A stretch of 64,000 bases of DNA, from contig OY764265.1 of the NCBI GenBank assembly GCA_963668355.1, forward strand, positions 2,688,001-2,752,000, given 5' to 3'. Shown in pieces: positions 37,791 through 46,991 of this stretch (position 1 is the first letter of the stretch; each line of letters begins with the position of its first letter). The notes under the pieces are model-generated. The model was not told where the DNA came from. It was given only the letters and a program-made list of their open reading frames with translations, and did not search any database. Origin of the DNA: Bdellovibrionota bacterium (GTDB lineage: Bacteria; Bdellovibrionota_G; JALEGL01; DATDPG01). Position numbers and translations under genes: made by a program.

Positions 37791-40274
37791 TTAAAACTCG
37801 ATCCCAAGTCCCGGAGAAAACATCCATCCTCCAAAATCCAATCCGGAAGAAAATTGATGCATATATTGAGCAAGAGCTTCCAAAAAAAATGCCTTCACGC
37901 CCATGAGTTCTTCCATGTCTCCCCCAAAACCCAATTCATTCAAATGAAGACGCAACCCGGCTGCGCCCAATACACTATGTTTGATTCCGCTCTCAGACCG
38001 ATTGGCCTGGCTGGCCTTGAACCACCCAAAATCGTATCCCGCCCTAAGCATAGGAGAAACCGGGCCCAGCCAAGAGATTGAAAGAGCGTATTGGGCGGAC
38101 ATGGTGATCGGAACTCGCGTTAACCTCATGGACTCGCCACTCGCGCGCCCCGAAGAAACACCCTGCATGGAGGATGTCTCGGTCATGACGCCACTCTCCA
38201 CCCCAAGATCTAGCCCCTTCCACCCAAAACCAGCTCGTAGCAAAAAATGCTCATTTCCTTTTTTGCCATAGAACTCCTCAATGGCGGTCGAATGGGGAAG
38301 CCACCACCCAACCCGAAAGGCAATGGAAGAATGAAAAGAATTGGAATTTCGGGGCTTCAGGATATGAGCCTCCTGAGCATAAAGAGAGGGGATGATCAGA
38401 AATGAAAAAAGGACAAACCCCATTCCGTAAAAACGCGCCCTTTTCAAAACCCAAAACCAAACAGAGCAAAGAAAAAGCCAAAAAGGCGAGACGCCTTCTC
38501 GACTTTGACACCCCCCGTGTTCCTCGACCACATCCAACAAACCTTGCGTTTCTTCGGCCGTTTCGGACAAAACGGAAGTCGATTCGCTTACGTTCCCTCG
38601 CTCATCCACAGCAACCAAACGCACAAAAACTTCCGTCCCGTTCGGTATGGGAGAGAGGATTTCTTCCATTTCACCCGTGCCTGTATGAGTAACCTGTCGA
38701 GGAGAGGAAAGAGACCCAATCCCACCTTCGGCGTCGCTCGTGGAACCAAAATAAAGCAGGTAATGGTCCATGTCTGAAGCTTCAACTCCATCCCATCTCA
38801 CATAAATTTTTTCATCCCCAAAAGCCAAACTGAAGTTGTCAGGGGTTGCGGGGACTGTATCCAAATACACTTCAATGCTTCCATGCCCAAGCAAGTCCCC
38901 GTTTTCGACAAAAAAACTGAGTGTGTTCCCCCCTTCCTCAAACGTGTCGGTTGGGACTGTGATCGTTGTTTCAACATCTGCCGTAATCGATTGGGAGGTG
39001 AGAAGCGTTCCATTTGTCGGGGAAATCACCTCGTCTTCCTCTCCCAAATAACGATATACTTTCAATGAACCGCTCTTGGACGAGGAACAAACCACTTCAA
39101 TTTCACCGTCACTGACGTATCCCTCAGGAGACGAAACAAACGTAAGAAAAGGCTGGTCCGTCACGATGGAAATCTTTTGATCTGTTTCGTTCAAAGCGAA
39201 GAGATATCCGGAAGCGTCCGAGGTCGATATCAAACCTCGAATGGGGACGTTTTCAATTCCTTCCAGGGTATCCAGGGCTTCTGTCACCCCCGAAGCTCCC
39301 ACATCATCCCCATCAAAGATTGAGAGTGTATCGTCTCCCGAATTGGACACATAAAGATAAATATCGCTTTCATCTTCATCATCCAAAGACCTTTGGACGG
39401 GGATCAATAAAAGACTTCTGGGCGTGTCTCCAACAAGAAGCGGATCCAGATTCGCTGTGTTCGGGTTGGAATCGTATAGGGCTAGGGAAAAGGTGTTGTC
39501 GGTCATATCCACCAAAAAGACTTCTCCCTCTTCCAGGGAATTGACGACGAATCCAAATGTCCCCGTGTTCAAATCTCCCATATGGAGCGCTGAAAAGGAT
39601 TCGGTGTCCGTATAGGCCCCCATATCCAGATCCCCGCCGACTTGAGAAAGAGAACTGAGGAGATAGGTCACAAATTGACCTTCCTCACTCAACAGAGCCA
39701 CACGCAAATGGTCCGGAGTCAATCCCATTCCCACCGGAACAAAGTCCAGCTGGACGTACGCCTCTCCTCCGTCTCCCTGCAACTCTTCGGTTTCGATGTC
39801 ATAGACATAAAGACGCTCCTGTCCCTCATCCACCAAAAGGAGTTGATCTCCCCCGCTTAGACGAGCCAATTCCATATGCTCGAACGTAACCGCGCTTGTG
39901 CCGATGGAAATCGTTTCGGCTTCAACGGGATCGGAAAACGCATCTTCAAGATCAAAAACATAAACCACATCGGCATTGCTGGTCAGGACATAAAGACTTA
40001 GTCCATCATCGCTGATCTCAATCCCTCGGGGGGTTCCGATGGTGGAAAATGTAGAAATTTCTGAAAAGGTAAGCAAATCAACAATCGAAACTTGGGCGCT
40101 CGTAGCGTCCATCAAGTACAAAAATCTCTCGCTTGCACTGAATACGCCTTGACTGGGGGAAATCGAAAGGTTGATTTCTCCAACTTTCTCGTCCGGAAAA
40201 GCCCAGGAACAGAGGGGCATCCATAAGATCGCCAGAAATATTCCGAATCTTTTCATGCGTTCGAGCCCGATCAT
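37791..40274 (-). CDS. Secreted beta-propeller/FN3 protein with internal MYXO-CTERM-like segment fused to an outer-membrane beta-barrel
   Basis: Signal peptide; YncE-like repeats; FN3-like 'GDEKIYVRWD..YLLYFG..NGTEVFVRLVAVD.GN.S'; GGC+TM+KR; C-terminal beta-signal GLGIEF. Confidence 0.7.
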   Translation of the reverse strand: MIGLERMKRFGIFLAILWMPLCSWAFPDEKVGEINLSISPSQGVFSASERFLYLMDATSAQVSIVDLLTFSEISTFSTIGTPRGIEISDDGLSLYVLTSNADVVYVFDLEDAFSDPVEAETISIGTSAVTFEHMELARLSGGDQLLLVDEGQERLYVYDIETEELQGDGGEAYVQLDFVPVGMGLTPDHLRVALLSEEGQFVTYLLSSLSQVGGDLDMGAYTDTESFSALHMGDLNTGTFGFVVNSLEEGEVFLVDMTDNTFSLALYDSNPNTANLDPLLVGDTPRSLLLIPVQRSLDDEDESDIYLYVSNSGDDTLSIFDGDDVGASGVTEALDTLEGIENVPIRGLISTSDASGYLFALNETDQKISIVTDQPFLTFVSSPEGYVSDGEIEVVCSSSKSGSLKVYRYLGEEDEVISPTNGTLLTSQSITADVETTITVPTDTFEEGGNTLSFFVENGDLLGHGSIEVYLDTVPATPDNFSLAFGDEKIYVRWDGVEASDMDHYLLYFGSTSDAEGGIGSLSSPRQVTHTGTGEMEEILSPIPNGTEVFVRLVAVDERGNVSESTSVLSETAEETQGLLDVVEEHGGCQSREGVSPFWLFLCSVWFWVLKRARFYGMGFVLFSFLIIPSLYAQEAHILKPRNSNSFHSSIAFRVGWWLPHSTAIEEFYGKKGNEHFLLRAGFGWKGLDLGVESGVMTETSSMQGVSSGRASGESMRLTRVPITMSAQYALSISWLGPVSPMLRAGYDFGWFKASQANRSESGIKHSVLGAAGLRLHLNELGFGGDMEELMGVKAFFLEALAQYMHQFSSGLDFGGWMFSPGLGIEF

Positions 40275-40311
40275 AACACAGCCCCCCTCCAGTTTTGCTA
40301 TAATGATGTTC

Positions 40312-40800
40312 ATGAAGTCGATACACGTGTTTTCTTGTCTCTCTCTATTTTTGCTGTCTCTGACCGGTTGTGCCCAACAGATCATCTATGCCACGGCCAC
40401 GGCGGAAATTTCCGAGCCTTCCGTCTATGCCCAATTAAATTTCACCACATTCACACAACCAGCCGCCTCAGGAGGAAGTGGCGATAGCAACCTTCGCATG
40501 AGATTTGGGAACGATGGAGGAGATCAACTGGACCTTGTTTTAGAGCCCGTCAATGGAGGTTTTCCAACTACCACGTATTACATCACGTCTTCTGGCCCTA
40601 GCCTTTCCTTTACCGCCTATTCAAACGGACAACCCGTCCCACTGAATCTCACCATCGACGAAGGGTTCATCAATTTGAACGTCATCTCGATTGTGGAAGG
40701 AATTGTGACCCGAGCCGAAGGCGAATTCCATCTGAATTTTGCCGACCCAAACAACGGATCTATTGTAGGGACATTTGTATACGCCACTCCGGCCGCTTAA
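40312..40800 (+). CDS. Lipoprotein of unknown function
   Basis: Lipobox LTGC; TGCTATAAT 7 nt upstream of the ATG. Confidence 0.75.
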   Translation: MKSIHVFSCLSLFLLSLTGCAQQIIYATATAEISEPSVYAQLNFTTFTQPAASGGSGDSNLRMRFGNDGGDQLDLVLEPVNGGFPTTTYYITSSGPSLSFTAYSNGQPVPLNLTIDEGFINLNVISIVEGIVTRAEGEFHLNFADPNNGSIVGTFVYATPAA

Positions 40801-41843
40801 GAGCCCTTTGGAGACAGAACCGTTGGGGCCAGTCGTTCCATGATTTGAATCCCATTGAGGGCAGCACCTTTCCTAAGATTGTCGCCCACAACCCAGAGAT
40901 TGAAACAATGGCTTCGGGAACCGTCCTCACGAATTCGCCCAACATAGACATCGTCCTTTCCCACGACATCAATCAAGTCGGGATAGGATTCCGTATTCGG
41001 ATTATCCAATAGCGCGACCCCTTCACTTTCGCCAATCCAGGTTCGAACCTGATCCAAAGAAGTTTCTTTTTTCAGTTCGACATTGATGGAAGCCGCATGT
41101 CCATGAAACGTAGGGACGCGAACGGCTGTGGCCGTTACTCCCAAGGAATCGTCAGCAAAGATTTTTTTCATTTCTTCACAAATTTTTTCCTCTTCTCCGG
41201 AATCTCCTTTGGAATTCAAAACGCCAATAAGGGGAAGTAAATTGAAAGCAATTCTTTTGGAAAAAACTTCCGTTTTAATCTCACGGCACCCAAACAGATC
41301 CATGACCTGACTGGAAAGCTCATCCATGGCCTTGCGGCCTGCACCGGATGTCGATTGATAGGTTGAAACCACCACGCGAGAGATGCCCACATTTTTTTGA
41401 AGAGACGCCAAAGCCATCACGATTTGAATGGCGGCACAATTTGGATTCGCGATAACTCCCCTGGGAGGCAATTCTCCCAACAGATATCCATTCACTTCAG
41501 GAATCACCAACGGAACATCTTTTTCCATTCGGAAAGAGGACGTATTATCCACTACCCAAGCCCCGGCCTTCACGGCGATTGGAACCCACTCGCGACTGAC
41601 CGTGGAACCTGCAGTAAAAAAAGCAAAGTCTGCCCCTTGAAAAACTTCCGGAGTAAGTGGATCAACAGGAAGCATTTTCTTTCCGAATTCCACCGTTTGG
41701 TCTTTGGAGCGGCTTGAAGCCACCGCACGAAGTTCTCCAATCGGAAAACCTCTCTCAAAAAGAATGTTCAGAGCCTCTTTACCGACCGCGCCGGTGGCCC
41801 CCACAACGACAACGGTAAATCCATCTTTTGCTTTTTCTGCCAT
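40797..41843 (-). CDS. asd: Aspartate-semialdehyde dehydrogenase
   Basis: GATGAVG, ANPNC, TYQSTSGAG, DNLRKGAALN. Confidence 0.97.
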   Translation of the reverse strand: MAEKAKDGFTVVVVGATGAVGKEALNILFERGFPIGELRAVASSRSKDQTVEFGKKMLPVDPLTPEVFQGADFAFFTAGSTVSREWVPIAVKAGAWVVDNTSSFRMEKDVPLVIPEVNGYLLGELPPRGVIANPNCAAIQIVMALASLQKNVGISRVVVSTYQSTSGAGRKAMDELSSQVMDLFGCREIKTEVFSKRIAFNLLPLIGVLNSKGDSGEEEKICEEMKKIFADDSLGVTATAVRVPTFHGHAASINVELKKETSLDQVRTWIGESEGVALLDNPNTESYPDLIDVVGKDDVYVGRIREDGSRSHCFNLWVVGDNLRKGAALNGIQIMERLAPTVLSPKGS

Positions 41844-41882
41844 AGGGGGCAGACCATAGCGAAAAGCAGGATTCAGGACAAA

Positions 41883-42806
41883 TCATTGAGATTCAATTTT
41901 TCGAAGGACCGAAAAAGCCAACTCGCCCACCAGGCTTAAACTTTTCACAGACACCTTATCCATCGTATCTTCTGGCGTATGCCAGTAGGTGCCTGGAGAA
42001 TCTTCTCCACCAAACGTAAAATCCATCAAATGCAAGGTAGGCACCCCCGCTTCGATCAAAGGGCGATGATCATCATCCACCCATTTGGGAACCGTATCCA
42101 GGACCTCCGTCGCCCCCAACTCCTGTGCAGCCGCCTGGAGGAAGCCCCTCAAGCGTTCATCACTTCGAGGCTCATGGATCAGTTTTAAATCGCGATCTCC
42201 AATCATGTCCAACACCAAGGCTGCCCGGACGGGCTTTCCGGAACCCAATTGACTGGCTAAATGCCGACTCCCATAAAGGCTGTCGGCCTCGGTCCAGGTT
42301 TCAAAAGACTCCTCCCCGTCCACAAACACGATTTCAACATCATCCGCGAATCCTTGTTCCCGAATTCGTGGCGTCAGAGCCATCAAAAGAGCCACAGCCG
42401 AAGCCGAGTCATTGGCCCCAACAAAATCGAAACCCAAAAACCGTTTGCTCTCATAATGAGCTAGGAGCAGAATTCGATTTTCCCGGTTTCTCCCAGGAAT
42501 CACATAGGAAAGATTGACCATTTCAATTTCGCCGATGGGGGTGGAGGCCAAAAACGTGTCTCGTGAAACCGGTAACCCCTCGTCTGAGATTTTTTCCGAA
42601 ATCCAAGCACGTACCCGTTCGAGAGTCGCGGATCCCGATGGCCGGGGACCAAAAGAAACCATTTCGTACGTAAGATCATGAGCCACCTGGCCGGTGGACG
42701 TGTTTAAATCCCTGGAGCTAGAGCAGCGGGACCCCGTGCATGAAACCACGACCAAGGCCAAAAAAACGAATCGAACCCAACCCGAACCATGAAGCATGTA
42801 TTTCAT
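41883..42806 (-). CDS. M28 family lipoprotein, animal-type glutaminyl cyclase-like
   Basis: Lipobox VVSC; AHYESK, GANDS, DGEE, YGSRHLA, LDMIG, DDH, YWHT. Confidence 0.8.
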   Translation of the reverse strand: MKYMLHGSGWVRFVFLALVVVSCTGSRCSSSRDLNTSTGQVAHDLTYEMVSFGPRPSGSATLERVRAWISEKISDEGLPVSRDTFLASTPIGEIEMVNLSYVIPGRNRENRILLLAHYESKRFLGFDFVGANDSASAVALLMALTPRIREQGFADDVEIVFVDGEESFETWTEADSLYGSRHLASQLGSGKPVRAALVLDMIGDRDLKLIHEPRSDERLRGFLQAAAQELGATEVLDTVPKWVDDDHRPLIEAGVPTLHLMDFTFGGEDSPGTYWHTPEDTMDKVSVKSLSLVGELAFSVLRKIESQ

Positions 42807-43621
42807 CGAATTTCGTGAACATTACTTTCACTGGAAATGCGGTCAATTTTTTCCAGAGATTTTTTGACCCGCCGTTTTTTCCGGACTTTTTTATACGCTC
42901 GAACTGGATGGGGAATCACATATTGTTCGATGGGGCCGGACAAAAGATAAATACATCCAATGAGATACAAGACCCACCAAGGCCGAGTCGCCCAAATCGT
43001 CAACCCAAACATAAAAAGGACCAAATACGAAAATGAATGGCGACGCGTGAGGTTTAAACTTTTAAAGCTCCGGTAACGAATATTGCTGACCATCAATAAA
43101 GCCAACAGGTAGGTCAACAACAGAAAATGGGGTTTGTGCGTAGCCGTTTCACCATCCCAAATCAAAACCGATCCCACCATCATGAGAGCCGCCATGGGAA
43201 TGGGAAGTCCTTGGAAAAACCGGCTTTCAACGTTTTTTGCTTGGACATTGAACCGGGCCAATCGAAGGGCCCCACAGGCCAAATAGAGGAAACAAGCCAG
43301 CCACCCGATCCGGTCAAACTCCCGAAGAGCCCAAGCATAAAGAATAAATGCCGGGGCCACCCCAAACGAGACCAAGTCAGAAAGAGAGTCAAACTCCATT
43401 CCAAACCGAGACTCCGTTTTCGTTCGCCGAGCTACGCGACCATCCATCCCATCAAAAATCGCAGCCAAGATAATGGCGAAGGCGCATCGACCGAAGTCTG
43501 TGCCCCCCCTCATCACAATCATGAATGCATGAATGATAGCGTAAAAGCCGCAAAAAAGGCTCGCCGCCGTAAACAAATTCGGAAGAATATATACCCCACG
43601 TCGAATCTCACTCATGCCCAT
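42803..43621 (-). CDS. pssA: CDP-diacylglycerol--serine O-phosphatidyltransferase
   Basis: LPNLFT, DGMDGRVAR, DSLSDLVSFG, RLARFN. Confidence 0.95.
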   Translation of the reverse strand: MGMSEIRRGVYILPNLFTAASLFCGFYAIIHAFMIVMRGGTDFGRCAFAIILAAIFDGMDGRVARRTKTESRFGMEFDSLSDLVSFGVAPAFILYAWALREFDRIGWLACFLYLACGALRLARFNVQAKNVESRFFQGLPIPMAALMMVGSVLIWDGETATHKPHFLLLTYLLALLMVSNIRYRSFKSLNLTRRHSFSYLVLFMFGLTIWATRPWWVLYLIGCIYLLSGPIEQYVIPHPVRAYKKVRKKRRVKKSLEKIDRISSESNVHEIR

Positions 43622-44313
43622 CTCCCTAACACAGAAGAACCCGCTCTAACCGTTTCTCCAAGCTTTGTCACGATCTCCGTTCCTTTGGGCAAGTAAAGGT
43701 CCACCCGAGACCCAAACCGAATCAGACCAAAACGTTTTCCCCTTGGAATGGATTCATTCAGAGACAAGCGATTGATGATTCGTCGAGCCACCAATCCCGC
43801 AATTTGAACCCATACGACATCTTTCCCCGATGGCGTTTTCAACCAAACAGTAGACTGCTCATTCAAGAGAGAAGCCTTTTCAGCGTAGGCCGCAAAATAT
43901 TTTCCAGGATTGTAATGGATGCCGCGAACGACCCCCGCACACGGAATGCGGTTCACATGCACATTGAATACCGACATGAAGATGGAAACGCGAACCGCCG
44001 GACCGTCCACCAATCGGGGATAGTCCATTTCTTGAATGCCAATGACTTTTCCATCCGCTGGGGACAAAATGGCTTTCGGATCTTCTGGACCGTGTCTTTC
44101 CGGATCTCGAAAGAAGCTCACCACCCAGATCGTCAATCCCGCAAAAAGGGCTCCCCACATCCAGTGGGTCCAGACCAAGAGGCCCAGATTGATCAAAAGG
44201 GCGAGAACGATGAACGGATAGCCATCCAGACAAACCCCCAAAAATCGACGAACATGAGGTTTGCGAGGCGAGGTTTCGGTTTCTGTGTCGTTCGCTATGG
44301 CATTTTCAGGCAA
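43612..44313 (-). CDS. psd: Phosphatidylserine decarboxylase
   Basis: FFRDP, SPADG, FNVHVNR, FGSRVD self-cleavage motif. Confidence 0.95.
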   Translation of the reverse strand: MPENAIANDTETETSPRKPHVRRFLGVCLDGYPFIVLALLINLGLLVWTHWMWGALFAGLTIWVVSFFRDPERHGPEDPKAILSPADGKVIGIQEMDYPRLVDGPAVRVSIFMSVFNVHVNRIPCAGVVRGIHYNPGKYFAAYAEKASLLNEQSTVWLKTPSGKDVVWVQIAGLVARRIINRLSLNESIPRGKRFGLIRFGSRVDLYLPKGTEIVTKLGETVRAGSSVLGRWA

Positions 44314-44554
44314 ATGCGACTCCGACCCCGGAATCCTGTGCCCTTCGAAGAATTTCTTCCATTCGATCTTTCTGCTGGAGCTTCCGTTTCTGAATGTTTT
44401 TTCGCTTCATCTCGTCTTCAGGAGTTAATTTCACACGCCCATTGAACCCCGCCAATTGTTCTTCTAGCACTTGGTGTTCTTGATGCAACTTCTTGAATTC
44501 GTGGTCATTTTCCAAAAGTGTCGCGACAAGAAGGGTTCGTTGGGATTGTGTCAT
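44306..44554 (-). CDS. DUF465/YdcH family protein
   Basis: FKKLHQEH..LE...K.KL..KD pattern. Confidence 0.8.
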   Translation of the reverse strand: MTQSQRTLLVATLLENDHEFKKLHQEHQVLEEQLAGFNGRVKLTPEDEMKRKNIQKRKLQQKDRMEEILRRAQDSGVGVAFA

Positions 44555-44724
44555 AGATTACCTCCTGAAAAGTGGAAAAAAATCACGTTATTTGAATGAT
44601 TATAGCATTCCAATAACCCGATTCTACCCCTAATCTCACACGATCCACCTTCGAAAACGGCAGGGGCCGATCCATGCCCCACGTGCCCAAATTTCGCCGA
44701 ACCGTCAATTTTTTTCTGTTTATT

Positions 44725-44765
44725 TTCAATAACTTAAGCTCGTCCCCCCTGGTACGTGACTTGCT
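44725..44765 (+). promoter_or_regulatory. Sigma54 promoter with IHF-like site
   Basis: TGGTAC-GTGAC-TTGCT (44750-44765); TTTCAATAACTTA (44725-44737). Confidence 0.65.
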
Positions 44766-44793
44766 ATTTATAGAGACTGGAGAACCGATAGGC

Positions 44794-45882
44794 ATGAAGG
44801 TGATTTGTCAAAAATGCAAACATGAATTCGATGTCCCCACTGCGTCCGTCGGAAAAGTCGAATTTTCGCAATGCCGAAATCTGTTCCGCGTGACCTACAA
44901 ACTTCGAATCCCTTGCGAAAACTGCAAATCGCTCCTTCAACTTTCTCCCGGCGAGCCTGATCAGGCCATTGGAACACCCATTCCCTTCGATTTTGACGAA
45001 GTCACCGAGCAAAGTTTGGTCTCGGAAATCGACCCCTTGGAAAAAACGCTTCCCAGAACAGAACTTCCAAAAACCAACGCAGACCCCCTACCCACCGTCC
45101 GATTGAGTCGGACCGTCAAAAAGCAGATTGAACCCCAAAGCCGAGCTTTTCGAATCATCGAGGGAACCATACGGCGCCCCAGTCCCGTCCACGTCGCGCT
45201 TCGCCAAAACAAAAAAGTGGAATTGCCCTATCTCAAAATTCTCATCGCCGGAGTCATTTTTCTGGGTGCCACCACGACCTTGGCCCTTACGCTCTTGGCG
45301 ATGCGGCAGAAACCGAGACCAACGCCCGCTTCCTTGAATTCTTCCCCAGCACACGTCGAAAAAGCCGCCGTTCAAAAAGACGTTCCGCTGTCCGAAAAAT
45401 ATTCCGTGAAAGAGGGAGCGGTCGGCGGTCCCTATGAGCCGGTGGAAGCGAAAACCGCCAGCGTGCATACCCCGACATTCTATGTTCCCCACATCGATGA
45501 CCTTTCCTCCAAATTCGGCGTTCGCAAAGATCCCATTTTCGGACATGAAGCTTTTCACGGAGGAATCGACCTCGCCGTTCACAGCCGAGCCGAAATCCCT
45601 GCAGCATCCGACGGCGAAATTGTTTATTCCGGCTGGAAAGGCGGTTACGGAAACACCGTGATCATTCGACACAAGAATGGTTATGAAACCATCTATGGAC
45701 ATATGACACAAAGGCTTGTGTTAAAAGGGGCTCACGTTCGTCAGGGAGATCCCATCGGATTGGTGGGTTCCACAGGGCGTTCTACCGGAAATCACATTCA
45801 CTTTGAGGTTCGCAAGGATGGGCAGCGCGTAGATCCCCTTCGCCTCGATCTATCCAAGACCCTTCCGAAAAAAACCGGATAA
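44794..45882 (+). CDS. M23 family peptidase with N-terminal zinc ribbon and TM segment
   Basis: CQKC..CENC; TM helix; HGGID, YGH, STGNHIHFE. Confidence 0.9.
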   Translation: MKVICQKCKHEFDVPTASVGKVEFSQCRNLFRVTYKLRIPCENCKSLLQLSPGEPDQAIGTPIPFDFDEVTEQSLVSEIDPLEKTLPRTELPKTNADPLPTVRLSRTVKKQIEPQSRAFRIIEGTIRRPSPVHVALRQNKKVELPYLKILIAGVIFLGATTTLALTLLAMRQKPRPTPASLNSSPAHVEKAAVQKDVPLSEKYSVKEGAVGGPYEPVEAKTASVHTPTFYVPHIDDLSSKFGVRKDPIFGHEAFHGGIDLAVHSRAEIPAASDGEIVYSGWKGGYGNTVIIRHKNGYETIYGHMTQRLVLKGAHVRQGDPIGLVGSTGRSTGNHIHFEVRKDGQRVDPLRLDLSKTLPKKTG

Positions 45883-45890
45883 AGACGACC

Positions 45891-46325
45891 TTATTTTCTC
45901 TTCTTCTTGCACGTTTTGCAGAGACCGTAGAGTTCCATTTTATGGAAGGATAATTCGAAACCATGCGTTTTGGCTTCTTTGTTCTGAAGTTTTTCGATGC
46001 CTGAATTGAAGAACTCGATGACTTTTCCACAGGAAGTGCAAACCAAGTGGTCATGATGCTCAATGCGGCTTCTTTCATAAGCCACTTCCCCCATGCCAAA
46101 GTCACGCCGCTGCGCGAGCCCACTTTCTTTTAATAAACTTAACGTTCGATAAACCGTGGCAATTCCAATTCGAGAATCAATCTTTTGAACTTTTCGAAAA
46201 AAATCATCCACGCTGATGTGGCCCGAAATCTGAAAAAACTCTCTGGCCACCAATTCTCTTTGCCTGGAATAGCGGTATCCGTTGTCGGAAAGAAAATCTT
46301 TAAAATTCCGCATCCAGCTATTCAT
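45891..46325 (-). CDS. fur: Fur family transcriptional regulator
   Basis: ATVYRTL, HHDHLVCTSCG, CKTC. Confidence 0.93.
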   Translation of the reverse strand: MNSWMRNFKDFLSDNGYRYSRQRELVAREFFQISGHISVDDFFRKVQKIDSRIGIATVYRTLSLLKESGLAQRRDFGMGEVAYERSRIEHHDHLVCTSCGKVIEFFNSGIEKLQNKEAKTHGFELSFHKMELYGLCKTCKKKRK

Positions 46326-46363
46326 GGGAAAATAGAATTACCAAAGATTCTTGGTGGAGTAAA

Positions 46364-46900
46364 TTACAGGCCTTCCGACGGAGAAGAATTGATCTCACTA
46401 TCCGCTAACATAAGTTCCCGAAGTTCTTCTCGGCATTGTTGCGCGTCAGCTTTCAAATCCCTGGATTCCAATTCTTTTACCAATTCTCCCAAGGCATAAA
46501 TCCGATCTTCCCTGCGTTCCCCCTGAAATGCGATTTTTCGCATCATTAAGAAGCGTCTTCGCTCGGCCTCAAATCGTTCCGTTCGCATGCCCAACATACG
46601 GTAAATAGAGGCCATTAAACTCAGTGCCCATGCAGACTCTCGTGTCATAGAATAAAGGATGACCACTTTGTGAAGCCAATCCAAGCTGACTTTGAATTCA
46701 TTCGACCATAGATAGCTCGAACCCAGGCCACACATTGCAGCTGGACTAATATATGGATCCCCGAGCGCAGCCAGACGCAAAAGCATTCGTTGCCCCCTCT
46801 CTCGGGTTTTCTCTCTTTGAGAGAGAAGCATCGCCTTTCGGAGAGAGCACAGATACTCATCCTTTACATGGGCAGGAAAACTGGAATTTAAGTCCCACAT
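46364..46900 (-). CDS. Hypothetical helical (TPR-like) protein
   Basis: Fills the gap between comEC and fur; helical repeat pattern; start uncertain. Confidence 0.5.
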   Translation of the reverse strand: MWDLNSSFPAHVKDEYLCSLRKAMLLSQREKTRERGQRMLLRLAALGDPYISPAAMCGLGSSYLWSNEFKVSLDWLHKVVILYSMTRESAWALSLMASIYRMLGMRTERFEAERRRFLMMRKIAFQGERREDRIYALGELVKELESRDLKADAQQCREELRELMLADSEINSSPSEGL

Positions 46901-46991
46901 CCTTCTTTTATTATATCTTGGAGAGGACCCGGAAAGATAGTTGACAATTTCCACAAGAGTTTTGAAGAAAATCGCTCAGAGAGAAGACATA

